A DNA stretch of 64,000 nt from Scyliorhinus canicula (lineage: Eukaryota), in assembly GCF_902713615.1 (NCBI RefSeq), contig NC_052153.1, positions 46,081,382 through 46,145,381 on the forward strand, given 5' to 3'. The notes under the pieces were generated by a model. It saw only the letters and a program-made list of their open reading frames with translations, searched no databases and was not told the origin of the DNA. Position numbers and translations under genes: made by a program. This document shows positions 50,220 to 62,955 of the stretch, piece after piece. Each line of letters starts with the position of its first letter. Positions within the stretch are counted from its first letter, which is position 1.

Positions 50220-50268
50220 GTGTCACACCAGTTAGCAGGGCCACTTCCAATGTGCAATCGATACCTCC
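50220..50268 (+). CDS. Candidate 49-nt internal exon
   Basis: TTTTTCCTTTGAGTTTCTGACAG| ... CC|GTAAGT; two frames open. Confidence 0.35.
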
Positions 50269-50379
50269 GTAAGTAAGATGGCTATGGCATGTTCCTCATG
50301 ACTCCTTTCTGATGAGAGTGTCTGTAATGGTTGTTTAATGTCTCAGGCCCCTGCCAGATTATTGAAATACAAAGGGATG

Positions 50380-50720
50380 AGGGGGCGGTTCAGTGAGTTA
50401 CCGCCCTGACCTCTCGACTATGAGATCTGGAGCTCCAGTCCAGCTTCAGTGAACAGAACAAAACCCTTTCTTCTCACTCTATGAACAGCAGTGAGTGTCA
50501 GAAACCTCAACCCACTCACTTCTTTGGGAAAAGTTGCCCACACTTGGGCACCACACTGGGAATCTCACATGAAGGACCCATTGATGTGGTTGATGGAGGA
50601 AAGGGAATGTTCCCACTCGTTTAATTGGGCGTGCTGCTCTGGTGTTTTGGGGGGGCGGGCATTTTGTCGCCATGGACTCGAGGGAAGTTAAGGCTGCATT
50701 TGGATGTGGCATAGCGCATG
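50380..50720 (+). mobile_element. Ancient LF-SINE-like element
   Basis: Patchy similarity to recalled LF-SINE (tRNA head; TTGGGCACCACACTGGGAATCTCA core). Confidence 0.4.
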
Positions 50721-51118
50721 TGGCATAACATTTCCTCATCTTTAACAAGTATTAAAATATTCACCAAAGTCATAAATCACCTTGATTTACCTGCGATGTT
50801 TCTTGACTCGGGGGTGGGGGGATTCATTTTGATTTGGAGCAAAATCAACATTGGCCTCATAGTTTTTATTTGTGCCGCCTGCTTAATCAAAACGTTGTGT
50901 AAAAATACACAGTGGTGTCCTCTCATTCAGCCAGTCTCTCACAACTGGATTGAAGTTGAGGATCTAATCAGTGTTTCATATTAACTGGTCATAAAGTCAA
51001 ATGGAAGTGCAAGTCTGAATTAAAGTGACTGGCAGCGCAGAGTCAACATCCTGAAAGGTTAAAGGGCCGGAGATCAGCCTCCTCGGGATTGCTCGCATTT
51101 CCTGTTTTTATTTTCCAG

Positions 51119-51405
51119 CCTCTTTAGGCCTCGCCGTCTGGGGACCTGCGGAGTAACAGCCTGCTGATGGCACATTTGCAGCCGGAGTTAGTTGCATGCT
51201 ATGTTCGTGCTTCCCTGGTCTTTTTTTCTTTGACCTTGTAGCTGAAATCAATTGTTGCTAAATGTGGACTAGTAGCCTCTCGCTGGCCCAAGGTGTCCAG
51301 GCCAAGATGTTTGTGTGGCATCGTTTTATTGAACTAAAACTATTTTTGTAACTGATTTTGTGAGTAGTTTAACATGCACCTAATAAAGTGTGTTACTATG
51401 ATCAG
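51119..51405 (+). other. Candidate terminal exon
   Basis: TTTCCTGTTTTTATTTTCCAG acceptor; short open frames; AATAAA at 51382 followed by GT-rich sequence. Confidence 0.4.
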
Positions 51406-51499
51406 CTCAATATATTTAGTCAGGGGAGTCTGCATCCATTTAATTTTTTTCTTTCAGGCTTGAGGCAAATGAGGACATTTGGAATGCCTTTTAGGATCT

Positions 51500-52480
51500 C
51501 AGAAACAGAAAATAGGAGTAGGAGAAGGCCATTTAGTCCTTCGCGCCTGCTCCGTCATTCATTATGATCAAAGCCGGTCATTCAATTCAGTAACCTGTTC
51601 CTGCTTTACTCTGCACCCTTCGATCCCTTTAGCCCCAACTCCATTGTGAAAACATATTTTTCTGTGGTCGAGAATTCCACAGGCTCACCATTCTCGGGGC
51701 GAAGAAATTTCTCCTCATCTCATATCTTGGATAGTCAGAGGCTTTTCCCCAGGGTAGAGGGGTCAATTACTCAGGGGCATAGGTTTAAGGTGCGAGGGGC
51801 AAGGTTTAGAGTAGATGTACGAGGCAAGTTTTTTCACACAGAGGGTAGTGGGTGCCTGGAACTCGCTGCCGGAGGAGGTGGTGGAAGCAGGGACGATAGT
51901 GACATTTAAGGGGCATCTTGACAAATAAATGAATAGGATGGGAATAGAGGGAGAGGGACCCAGGAAGTGTAGAAGATTGTAGTTTAGTCGGGCAGCATGG
52001 TCGGCATGGGCTTGGAGGGCCGAAGGGCCTGTTCCTGTGCTGTACTTTTCTTTTTTCTTTGTATTTTCACTGTGACCCCTGGTTCTGGGCATCTACCCTG
52101 TCCAGTCCTGTTAGAATTTAATAGGTTTCCTAACCATATATCAGTCCTGCCATCCCAGGAATCAGTCAGTTAAACCTTAGCTGCACTCCCTCTCTAGTAA
52201 GAACATTCATCCTCAGATATGGGGACGAAAACTGCACACAATATTCCAGGTGTGGACTCACCAAGGCTTCCTGCTCCTGTAGTCAAATCTTCTTACTTTG
52301 AAGGCCAACATTCAATTTACCTTCTTCACCGCCTGCTGCACCTGCATGCTTACTTTCAGCGACTAGTGTACAAGGACACCCAAGTCTCGATGCAGCTCTC
52401 TCTCAATCTGTAGCCATTCAGATAATATTCTTCCTTCCTCTTTTTGTTACCAAAGTGAATAGCCTCACATTTATCCACAT
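51500..52480 (-). mobile_element. CR1 fragment with a nested plus-strand CR1 3' end (about 51727-52060)
   Basis: KCEAIHFGNKKRKEEYYLNG on minus; LFPRVEGSITQGHRFKV and tail on plus. Confidence 0.8.
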
Positions 52481-53263
52481 TAGTCCAACATGGTGGCATA
52501 GTATTTAGCACTGCTGCCTCACTGCGCCAGGGAACTGGGTTCAATTCTGGCTTTGGGTGACTGTGTACCCCACTAGTCATTGCTTGCCACTTGGAAAATA
52601 AGTGCCAAATAGAAATTAATCCTGAAAAGTGAGGCGATACACTTTGGAAGGAGTAATTTAACAAGAAAGTATACTACGAAAGGTCTGACACTGGGAAGTC
52701 CGAAGAACAAAAGGACCTTGGTACGTTTGTCCATAGATCTCTGAAGGCAGAAGGGCAGGTTAATAGGGTGGTGAAAAAGACATATGGGACACTCACTTTT
52801 ATCAATCGGGGCATAAATTACACAGAATTTACAGTGCAGAAGGAGGCCATTCGGCCCATCGAGTCTGCACCGGCCCTTACAAAGAGCACCCTACTGAAGC
52901 CCACGTATCTACCCTATCCCTGTAACCCAGTAACCCCCACTTAACATTTTTTGGATACACAGGGCAATTTAGCATGGCCAATCCACCTAACCCACAAATC
53001 TTTGGACTGTGAGAGGAAATCAGAGCACCCGGAGGAAACCCATGCAGACGGGGAGAACGTACAGACTCAGCACAGACAATGACCCTACCGGGAATCACAA
53101 AAGCAGGGAAGTCGTGATGGAGCTGTCTAGAACTTTGGTAAGGCCACAGCTGGAGTACTGTGCGCAATTCTGGTCACCAAATTATAGGAAGGATGTAATT
53201 GCACTGGAGGGGTTGCAGAGAAGATTCACCAGAATGTTGCCTGGGATGGAACATTTTGGTTAT

Positions 53264-56200
53264 TATCATGTGAGAGTACCTTTAAGAAATGGATGTTTAA
53301 GCAATGTACCTTTAAGAAATAGAGCAGCTCATATTACTGAGGTGATGTCAGAGGGTGGGGGAAGCTGAGCTCACTTCTGCTTTTAGTTTCAGTTTGAGAG
53401 AGCAGCTGAAAAGTGCCTGGCTGGTTTGCTGAGAGCTGCATGGAGAAACGAGCTTTGTTGTGTCTCTGTTTGCAGTGACCTGGATCTGTTGTGATCTCTG
53501 CCATGAAAGACTATCACTGAATTATTTGAGTAATTTAAACTCATAATAATAATGTCTTTAACCTGATGTGTTTCTGTTGTTAAAGGTGAAGTCTTTTGGA
53601 GGTTTGAAGGAACATTTGGAGGGATTATTTAGTGTTGTATTATTTTTGGGGTTATCTTTGGAGTAAGGGTTGGTAAATAATCCAATGTTTATTTAAAAAG
53701 GTTAAGTTGAATTCATAGAATAAACATTGTTTCGTTGTTATGGGAGCGGTGTTTTCAGAACCCCAAAATGTATCATGGAGTTCAACCAACACCCACCTTT
53801 AATGGATTGTTGCTTTTGAAGCACATGACTTGTTCTCCAGGTGTGGTATTACAATTATGGACACGTGGGTTTTTAAACACAAAACAATGTTCATTCCATG
53901 AATTCAACTTAACCTTTTAAATAAACATTGGATTACTCTCTCAAACTGAAACTAAAAACAGAAGTGAGCTCAGCTCCCATAACAATTGGGGGCTCATCTA
54001 TCTATTGGATTGTTTTTTGTAAACTTAAAGACAGTGAAGGATTGTTGCTTTTCCGGTGTGGTATTTTAGTTTAGGTGTGTTGTGGACAATGGCTCTTTCA
54101 GAGGCTCAGAAGTTTTTGGGGGTGGAGAATGTCACACGCAGTACCTTACGGACAGAGACGAAAAGCAGACTGTTACATTTGGCAAAAACATTGCAGTTAT
54201 CATTACCTGACAAAATGCAAAAAGATGAGGTAATTATAGTGGTGGTTAAGCATTTAAAGTTGCCTGAGATAGAGTATGACACGTTGGAAATGGCAAGAAT
54301 TCAGTTGCAAATTAAACAAATAGAACATGAGGAAGAATTAAAGCAGCTTGAATACGAAAGAGAGAGAGAGGAAAGAGAAAGAGAGAGAGAACAAAAAGAA
54401 AAAGAAAGGGAGATACAGATCAGGGAAAAAGATTAGGAGAGGGAGTTTGAACTTCGGAAAATGGCAGCCAATTAAAATTGGCAGACCTAAAGGGAAACGT
54501 ATAGCTGGATGATAGTGATGAGGATACTGAGAAAGAGCGTCATAGTCGAAGGCTTGGTGGTAATCTATTTAAATATGTCCAAGCATTGCCAAGGTTTGAC
54601 GAGAAGGAAGTGGAAGCCTTTTTCATTTCATTTGAGAAGGTAGCTAAACAAATTAAATGCCCACAGGACATGTGGCTATTACTGATTCAAACAAAGCTGG
54701 TAGGTAGAGCTAGTGAAGTGTTTGCATCACTACCGGAGGAGGTATCTGGAATGTATGAGGAGGTGAAGAAATCCATCTGAAGTGCATATGAGCTAGTGCC
54801 TGAAGCTTACAGACAAAGGTTTAGAAATTTAAGGAAAGAATTTCGTCAAACATACATGGAGTTTGAAAGGCTCAAACAGAGTAATTTTCATAGGTGGATA
54901 AGGGCTTTGAAAATAGACCAAACGTATGAAGTTCTCAGAGAAATTATACTTTTGGAGGAGTTTAAAAATTCAATTCCTGATGTAGTGAGAACTCATGTGG
55001 AAGAACAGAGGGTTAAAACTGCGAGATTAGCAGCAGAAATGGCAGATTATTATGAATTAGTTCATAAATCAAAGATTGGTTTCCGACGTCAGTTTCAGCC
55101 GGCGAGGGATAGAAACTGGGGACATGAGAAATACTCAAGTGGTAAAGGTAAAGGTGATCTGATGGGAGACAATAAAGAGAGTGTACCTCAGATTAAAAAA
55201 TAAATCCAGGAGGGTGGAAAAGAGATGAAAAGTTTCAAATGTTTTCACTGTAATAAACTAGGTCACGTAAAGTCACAGTGTTGGTGGTTGAAGAAAAGCA
55301 CTGGGAAGGCTGATGTGGTAAAACAGGATAAGACAGTGGGATTTATTGGAGTGGTAAAGGAAAGCCCAAGGGAAATGAAGGAGGTGCAAACAATTGTACA
55401 GCCTGTTCAAGAAGTAATTATTAAGAAGGTGCCAGATGTCTTTAAAGAATTTACTTGTGTGGGTAAAGTTTACTCATGTGTATCAGGAGGAGCAGGTAAA
55501 GAAGTCACAATTTTAAGAGATACAGGGGCTAGTCAATCTTTAATGGTAAGAGATGAGGAATTATGTAGTTTGGGAAGAATGTTGCCAGAAAAGGTAGTGA
55601 TATGTGGAATTCAGGGTGAGAGGAGTAGTGTTCCATTATATAAGGTAGGTTGGAAAGTCCAGTGAAGAGTGGTGAAGTGGTAGTAGGAATAATAGATAAA
55701 CTATCTTGTCCAGGAACACAGTTTATCCTGGGTAATGATTTAGCTGGATCACAGGTGGGAGTGATGCCTACTGTGGTAGATAAGCCAGTGGAAAATCAGA
55801 CAACTGAAGAGTTGAAAGACGAATATCCTGGGATTTTTCCGGATTGTGTAGTAACCCGGTCACAAAGTCACAGGTTAAGACAAGAGGAGAAATCAAAGAG
55901 TGAAGATGAATTTGAAGTGCAATTATCATAAACGATTTTTGATCAGATGGTTGAAAAAGAACAAGAACAGGTGGAGGTAGAGGCGGATATTTTTAGTTCA
56001 GGAAAATTGGCGGAGTTACAACAGAAAGATGTAGAAATAAAACGGATATATCAGAAAGCACATACGGAAGAGGAATCTGAGAGTATACCAGAGTGTTATT
56101 ACCATAAAAGTGATTTCTTGATGAGAAAATGGAGACCTGTACATATGCAGGTGGATGAAAAGTGGGCAGAAGTTCCTCAAGTAGTATTGCCGGTAGGGTA

Positions 56201-59200
56201 TAGAAAGGAGGTGTTGCGAGTTGCACATGAGGTACCAGTGGGAGGTCATTTGGGAATAAGGAAAACTCAAGCTAAAATCCAGAAACATTTTTATTGGCCT
56301 GGACTACATAAAGATGTAGTTAAACTTTGTCAATCATGTCACACATGTCAAGTGATAGGGAAACCTCAAGCAGTGATAAAACCAGTGCCCTTAATACCCA
56401 TTCCAGCATTTGAGGAACCTTTTACAAGGGTCCTAATCGATTGTGTAGGACCGCTTCCTAAAACAAAAAGTGGGAATCAATATCTTTTGACTCTAATGGA
56501 TGTGTCTACGAGGTTTCCAGAGGCTATTCCAGTATGTAATATTACAGCTAAACGGATTATGGAGGAGTTACTTATATTCTTTACTAGATATGGACTACCC
56601 ACAGAAATTCAGTCGGATCAAGGATTGAATTTTACTTCAAAGTTATCCAAAGAAGTTATTGATAGCTTTGGAATAAAACAATTTAAATCAACTGCGTATC
56701 ATCCAGAATCACAGGGAGCGTTAGAAAGGTGGCGTCAGACATTAAACACAATGTTGAGGGCGTATTGTCAAGATTATCCAGAGGATTGGTATAAAGGAAT
56801 TCCATTCGTATTGTTTGCAATTGGGGATGCACCTAATGAGTCTACCAAATTTAGTCCTTTTGAACGAATTTCTAGTCATGAGGTAAGAGGACCACTTAAA
56901 TTGATTAAAGAAAAATTGGTGAGTGAGAAATCGGAAATTACACTATTGGATTACGTGTCAAATTTTAGGGAACGATTAAATAGAGCAGATGTATTGGCTA
57001 GACAACATTTGAAAGTTGCACAAAATGTGATGAAACGGGTAGCGGACAAGAAATCCAAAGTTCGTAGTTTTGCCAGTGGAGTTAAAGTTTTAGTGTTGTT
57101 ACCAGTGGTAGGCGAGCCTTTAAAAGCTAGGTTTTGTGGACTGTATCAGATTGAAAGGAAATTAGGTGAGGTGAATTATGTGGTTAAAAACACCAGATAG
57201 AAGGAAGACTCACCGAGTGCGTCATGTGAAAATGCTGAAAAGGTACTTTGAACAGGAAGGAGAGAAAAAGGAAGTTTTAATGATTCTAACTCAAAGTGAC
57301 GAACCAAATCCAGATGACTGTAAATTTGACATACCTCAAATTAAATTGGAAAATTAGGATGTTCTTAAAAATTGGGATGAATCGTTAAGTTACCTTCCAG
57401 AGGAAAAACAAACTGACCTGAAAGAGTTATTGATATCACATGGGCAAGTTTGTAGAGATAAATTGGGAAGTACTAAATTGGCTATACATGATGTAGCTGT
57501 GGGAAATGCTGTTCCTATCAAACAACATCCACATAGACTTAATCCTTTAAAATTGGCACAGGTTAACAGAGAGATTGAGAGTATGCTGAAAAATGGCATA
57601 ATTGAAGTGGGTTGAAGCCAATGGAGCTCACCCATAGCGATGGTACCAAAACCAGACGGTACCCAACGGTTGTGTGTGGACTATCGAAAGGTGAATGCAG
57701 TTACAAGAACGGACTCTTATCCTATCCCACATTTGGAGGATTGCATTGAGAAAGTGGGACAATCCGCTTTTATTTCCAAATTGGATTTACTGAAAGGTTA
57801 CTGGCAAGTACCTTTATCTGAAAGGCCAAAGGAAATTTCAGCTTTTGTGACTCCAGATGGCATATACCAGTTCAAAGTTATGCCATTCGACATGAAAAAC
57901 GCCCCAGCAACATTTCAACGGTTAACTAATTCAGTCGTTTCAGGATTACCCAATTGTGCGGTATACATCGACGATCTGGTAGTGTTCAGCCAGACATGGA
58001 AAGAACATTTAAAACATCTGAGGGAGTTATTTGATCGACTTCAGGAGGCGGGTTTGGTGATAAACTTAACCAAAAGTGAATTTGGAAAAGCCCAAGTCAC
58101 TTTCCTTGGCTATACAATTGGACAGGGTCGAATGGTCCCACGGGATGTGAAAACAAAAGTTATTGGGGAGTTTCCGATACCCTTGACAGAATGGGAAATA
58201 ATGCAGTTTCTTGGTACGGGTGGATTTTACCAGAAATTTCTACCACATTTTAGCAGTGTGGTCGCTCCACTGACGGACGTACTCAAGAAGCGTAACAAAT
58301 TCCAGTGGACAGCGGAGTGCCAACAGGCATTTGACGGCCTGAAGGCTGTGTTAACCACTGCTCCTGTGTTAGCCATCCCAAATTACACCAAACCATTCAA
58401 AGTTGCTGTTGATGCGAGTGATGTGAGCGTAGGTGCGGTGCTTCTACAAGACGACGACGAAGGGCTCGAGCGGCCTGTTAGTTATTTTTCAAAGAAATTG
58501 AATTCTCACCAGAAATAGTATTCGATGATTGAGAAGGAGACTTTGAGTTTGGTGCTGGCTTTGCAACATTTTCACATTTGTGTGACCAGCAATCCATCTG
58601 ACACCATTATATATGCTTATCATAATCCTTTGAAGATTTTGGAGCGATTCCGGAATAACAATGCAAGGCTGTTTCGCTGGATTTTAGTGTTACACCCATT
58701 TCACTTTAAAACAGTACATGTGGCAGGGCGTGAAAATGTGATAGCTGATACATTGTCACGAATATGATGAATGGGAGGATTTTGGTTGGAGGAAGAAGAA
58801 CGGGAAAGACGGACTTTATTATTATGCCTGTTTGCGTGTGTTGTTTTTTTTGTGAAACAAAAATGTATATTTACTGTGTACATTTCTTAGTGGATGGTGC
58901 AAAAGTAAAAAAAATGAAACCATCTTGAAGTTGATGGTTTATTTTTTTTCATGGGTGGAGGTGTCATTTGAGAGCACCTTTAAGAAATTGATGTTTAAGC
59001 AATGTACCTTTAAGAAATGAAGCAGCTCATATTACTGAAGTGATGTCAGAGGGTGGGGGAAGCTGAGCTCACTTCTGCTTTTAGTTTCAATTCGAGAGAG
59101 AGCAGCTGAAAAGTGCCTGGCTGGTTTGCTGAGAGCTGCATGGAGAAAAAGAGTGTGTCTGTGTTTGCAGTGAGCTGGATCTGCTGTGATCTCTGCCATG

Positions 59201-59593
59201 AAAAACTATCTCTGAATCATTTGGATGATTTAAACTCGTAACAGTAATGTCTTTAACCTAATGTGTTTCTGTTGATAAAGGTGAAGTCTTTTGGAGGTTT
59301 GAAGGAACATTTTGAGGGATTATTTAGTGTTGTATTATTTTCGGGGTTATCTTTGAAGTAAGGGGTGTTGAGTGATCCAATGTTTATTTAAAAGGTTAAG
59401 TTAATTTAAGGTTAAATTAAGTTTGAATAACAAAATAAACATTGTTTTGTGTTTAAAAACCCACGTGTCTATAATTGTAATACCACACCTGGAGAACAAG
59501 CCGGGTGCTTCAAAAGCAACAATACATTAAAGGGAGAGGTTGGTTGAACTCCATGATACATTTTGGGGTTCTGAAAACACTGCTCCCATAACA
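53264..59593 (+). mobile_element. Gmr1-type Gypsy LTR retrotransposon, near full length
   Basis: LTRs 53264-53984 and 58962-59593, TSD TTAT, tRNA-Pro-type PBS TGGGGGCTC, domain order gag-PR-IN-RT-RH. Confidence 0.95.
54089..58767 (+). pseudogene. Disrupted gag(SCAN-like, CCHC)-protease-integrase-RT-RNase H polyprotein
   Basis: PEAYRQRFR...LEEFKNSIP (SCAN-like), CFHCNKLGHVKSQC, LRDTGA, HHCC and D-D-E integrase, YIDD, DAS; several stops and frameshifts. Confidence 0.93.
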
Positions 59594-60035
59594 TTATAAA
59601 GAAAGGTTGAATAGGCTTGGGTTGTTTTTCTCTGGAGCAGAGAAGACTGAGGGTGACCTGATTGAGGTGTACAAGATTATGAGGGGCATGGACAGGGTGA
59701 ATAGGCAGCAGCTGTTCCCCTTAGTTGAAGGGTCAGTTATGAGGGGACACAAGTTCAAAGTGAGGAGTGGGAGGTTTAGGGGGGGATTTGAGGAAAAACG
59801 TTTTTACCCAGAGAGTGGTGACAGTCTGGAATGCACTGCCTGGGAGGTTGGTAGAGGCGGGATGCCTCACATCTTTTAAAAAGTACCTGGATGAGCACTT
59901 GGCATGCCATAAGATTCGAGGCTATGGGCCAAGTGCTGGCAAGTGAGATTAGGTGAGCAGATCAGGGCCTTTCACGTGTCGGTGAAGACTCGATGGGCCG
60001 AAGGGCTTCTTCTGCACTGCAGTATTCTGTGATTT

Positions 60036-61327
60036 TGTCTGTTACATCCTCGAAGAATTCCACTGGATGTGTCAAGTATGATTTCCGTTTTGTAAATCCA
60101 TGCTGCCTCTGTCCAATCCTGACACTGTTTCCCCAAGTGCTCTGCTATTAAATCTTTTATAATTGACTCTAACATTTTCCCCACTATCAACATCAGGCTG
60201 ACTGGACTATAATTCCCTGTTTCCTCTCATCCTCCTTTTTTAAATAATGGGGTTACATTAGCTACTCTCTGTGGTGCTCGCAGGATTGACTTTAGGACGC
60301 CATGGAGATTCAATGAAAACTAAGAGCTTTATTCAGGAGATATTAACACTACAAGCTGCAATGTTACACTGCTCAGTTACCTTCCCAAACAGCTAGTCAC
60401 GCAAGCATTCTCAGAAAGTGCCCCTGTTCAGCTGCAAGGCTTGTTGGTGAGGAATCACTAAAAATTCTATAAAAACAGAACAATCCGTAGGAACTGTTGC
60501 AGAGTCCATAGAACCTTGGAAAATGATTACTTTGGGCCACTTCCTTAAGTACTGTGGGATGAAGAGTATCAGACCCTGGGGATTTATCAGCCTTCAATCC
60601 CAACAATTTTCCCAACAACATTTCTGTACTGATATGGATTTCCTTCAGTTCCTCCATCTCACCAAACCTTGTGTTCCCCAACATTTGTGGTACGTTATTT
60701 GTGTTCTCTTTTGTGAAGACAGAACCAAAGTTTGTATTTAGTTGGTCAGCCATTTCTTTGTTGCCCATTATAAATTCCCGTTTCTGACTTAAGACATTTG
60801 TCTTCGCCAATTTTATTCTTTTCGCATACCTATGGAAGCTTTTAGTCAATTTTCATGTTCTCTGTTAGCTTCCTCTTGTACTCTGTTTTCCCCTTCGTAA
60901 TCAATCCCTTTGTCTGCCTTTGCTGAATTCGAAACTGCTGCTATTCCTCAGGTCTGACCAATTTGTACGCCTCTTCCTTGGTTCTAATACTATCTCTAAT
61001 TTCCCTTGTGAACCATGGTTTGGCCATATTTCCCATTTTATTTTTGCGGCAGACAAAAATGGAGAATTGTCGAAGTTCACCCATGCGCTCTTTGAATGTT
61101 TGCCATTGCCTATTTACTGTTGTCCCTTTAAGTAATGTTTCCCTACCAAAGCCAACTTGCACCTCACATCTTTATAGTTTCCATTATTAAGATTCAGGAC
61201 CCCAAACTCAGAATGAACTACGTCACTCTCCAACATAATGAAGAATTCTATCATATTATGGTTGCTCATCCCAAGGGGCCTCGCACTGCCAATTATTCCT
61301 TTCTCATTTCACAATGCCTAGTCTAGG
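60036..61327 (-). mobile_element. CR1 ORF2 fragment with nested small LTR-like insert (about 60270-60482)
   Basis: IVGKMLESIIKD, KADKSPGSDTLHPTVLKE; insert has TG...CA ends. Confidence 0.8.
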
Positions 61328-61329
61328 AA

Positions 61330-62955
61330 GGCCTGTTCTCTAGATAAGGGATGCGGTCAGGACATCAGTATGGGAGGATCTCCAATGGGAAGAACAAGAT
61401 GTGGAATCTGTTTAGGTAGCGCTAAGAACAGCGATGGACAGCAAACATTGATGGGAGTTGTTTGTAGGTCACCAAACAGTAGTGGCAGTGTTTGAGCATG
61501 GTATTAATCAGGAGATTTGAGAGGCATATGGAATGGGTAATACCAGTAATCATGGGTGACTTCAATCTTCAATTTCATGAGCACTGATGCTGTAGAGGAT
61601 GAACTTCGAAGTGTGTCAGGGATTTTGTTTTGAGGGAAAAAATGAGAGAACAGGTTATTTTAGATCTGGTATTATGTAACAAGAAAAGGGATAATTAATA
61701 ACCTTGTTGTCAAAGAATCTTTAGGGATGAATAACCATAATATGATGGAATTTTACATTGGGCAAAATTCTCCCGATGGGCTGGATTTTCCATTGCCCGA
61801 CGCTGAAATTGGGAATGGCGATTGAGCCAAGGATAGCTCCTTACACCGAAATTGCGCCAGGCAGCGGTTTGACGGCAGGTCGTGATGCTTCACCCTCTTC
61901 AAATCAGTGTACCTGTTGGGGGGGGGGGGGGGTTCCTTTAGTTAGGTGGTCTCTGTTGGGATCCCTCTAGTTAGGGGGTCCCTGTGGGGGGGTTCCTTCA
62001 GTTAGGGCTTCCTGGGTGGGGCCTCCCTATTAAATGGGTCCCTCGGGGAGTCTCCCTATTAAGGGAGTCCCTGGGGGTCTCTATTAAGTGGTCCCTATGG
62101 CGGTCTCCATATTAATGGGATCCCTGAGGGGGTCTCCGTGTTCAGGGGGTCTCTTGGGGCTTCTCCTGTTTTGGGGGTCTCTGGGGGTCTGGTAGAGGAG
62201 GGTTGGGCCAGTAGTGTGTTGTGGGGCGGGGGGAGCTTTTAGACTTTTGGGGCAATGCCCTTAAGGAGTTCCCCCCTTGGCCCACCACAAGGTCTACCAT
62301 GTCAGGCACACGTTTGATGAGACAAGTAGAAATCCCCACTCACCTGATTCCCGACCTAGAGGACCAGAAAATCACGGAGGGTCAGAGATTAGGGTGTCGG
62401 ACCCGCTAAATGGATGCACATGTGTCATTAAGACCTATTTGCATTCATTTACATCCTCCTGCTGGCGTAAACCTCAAACCTGCTGCCAGCGGGTGTGTCA
62501 GAGCATCGCATTCGGATCGACGTCTGGCGCCAATCCCGATTTTTCAATTCTCCACCGCATCAGGGACTCCGCTACCGGCAGTGGACAGCGGAGAATCCAG
62601 GCCATTCTGTTTGATAGCGAGGTAGCTCAATCTGAAGACCAGGTGGTAAATTTATTAAAATAAATTTTGATGGTATGAGGAACGTATGGTGAGGTGGATT
62701 GGGAAAATACACTTGAAGGTCTGATGGTACATAGGCAATGGATGGTCTTTAAAGAATTGTTACATAGTTTACAGCAATTATACATTCCTTCAAGGCACAA
62801 AAACCCAAAAAGCAAAGTCAACCATTCGTAGCTAACAAAGGAAGTTAAGGATTATATAAGATTTTTAAAAAGGCCTATAAAGGTGCCATAAATAGTAGTA
62901 AAAATGAAGATTGGGAGGATTTTAGAATACAGCAAAGGTGGACCAAGAAACTGAA
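61330..62955 (+). mobile_element. CR1 endonuclease-region fragment split by a Harbinger-type MITE (about 61760-62603) with GGGGTCCCT-like repeats
   Basis: VIMGDFN and QVILDLVLCN motifs; MITE termini GGGCAAAATTCTCC...GGAGAATCCAGGCC. Confidence 0.7.

Larger units (their letters stand above)
52580..60035 (+). mobile_element. CR1 3' fragment split by HE1 (52823-53095, -) and by the Gmr1-type element
   Basis: Reading RMLPGMEHFGY stops at 53263 and resumes KERLNRLGLF at about 59598. Confidence 0.9.

Noticed and set aside
51120-51140. Neuromedin U/S-like LFRPR motif
   Set aside because: Lacks the following N-G-R amidation signature and other precursor exons
55947-58518. Active retrotransposon or endogenous retrovirus
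   Set aside because: Polyprotein broken by multiple stops; no env seen; Gypsy-type motifs
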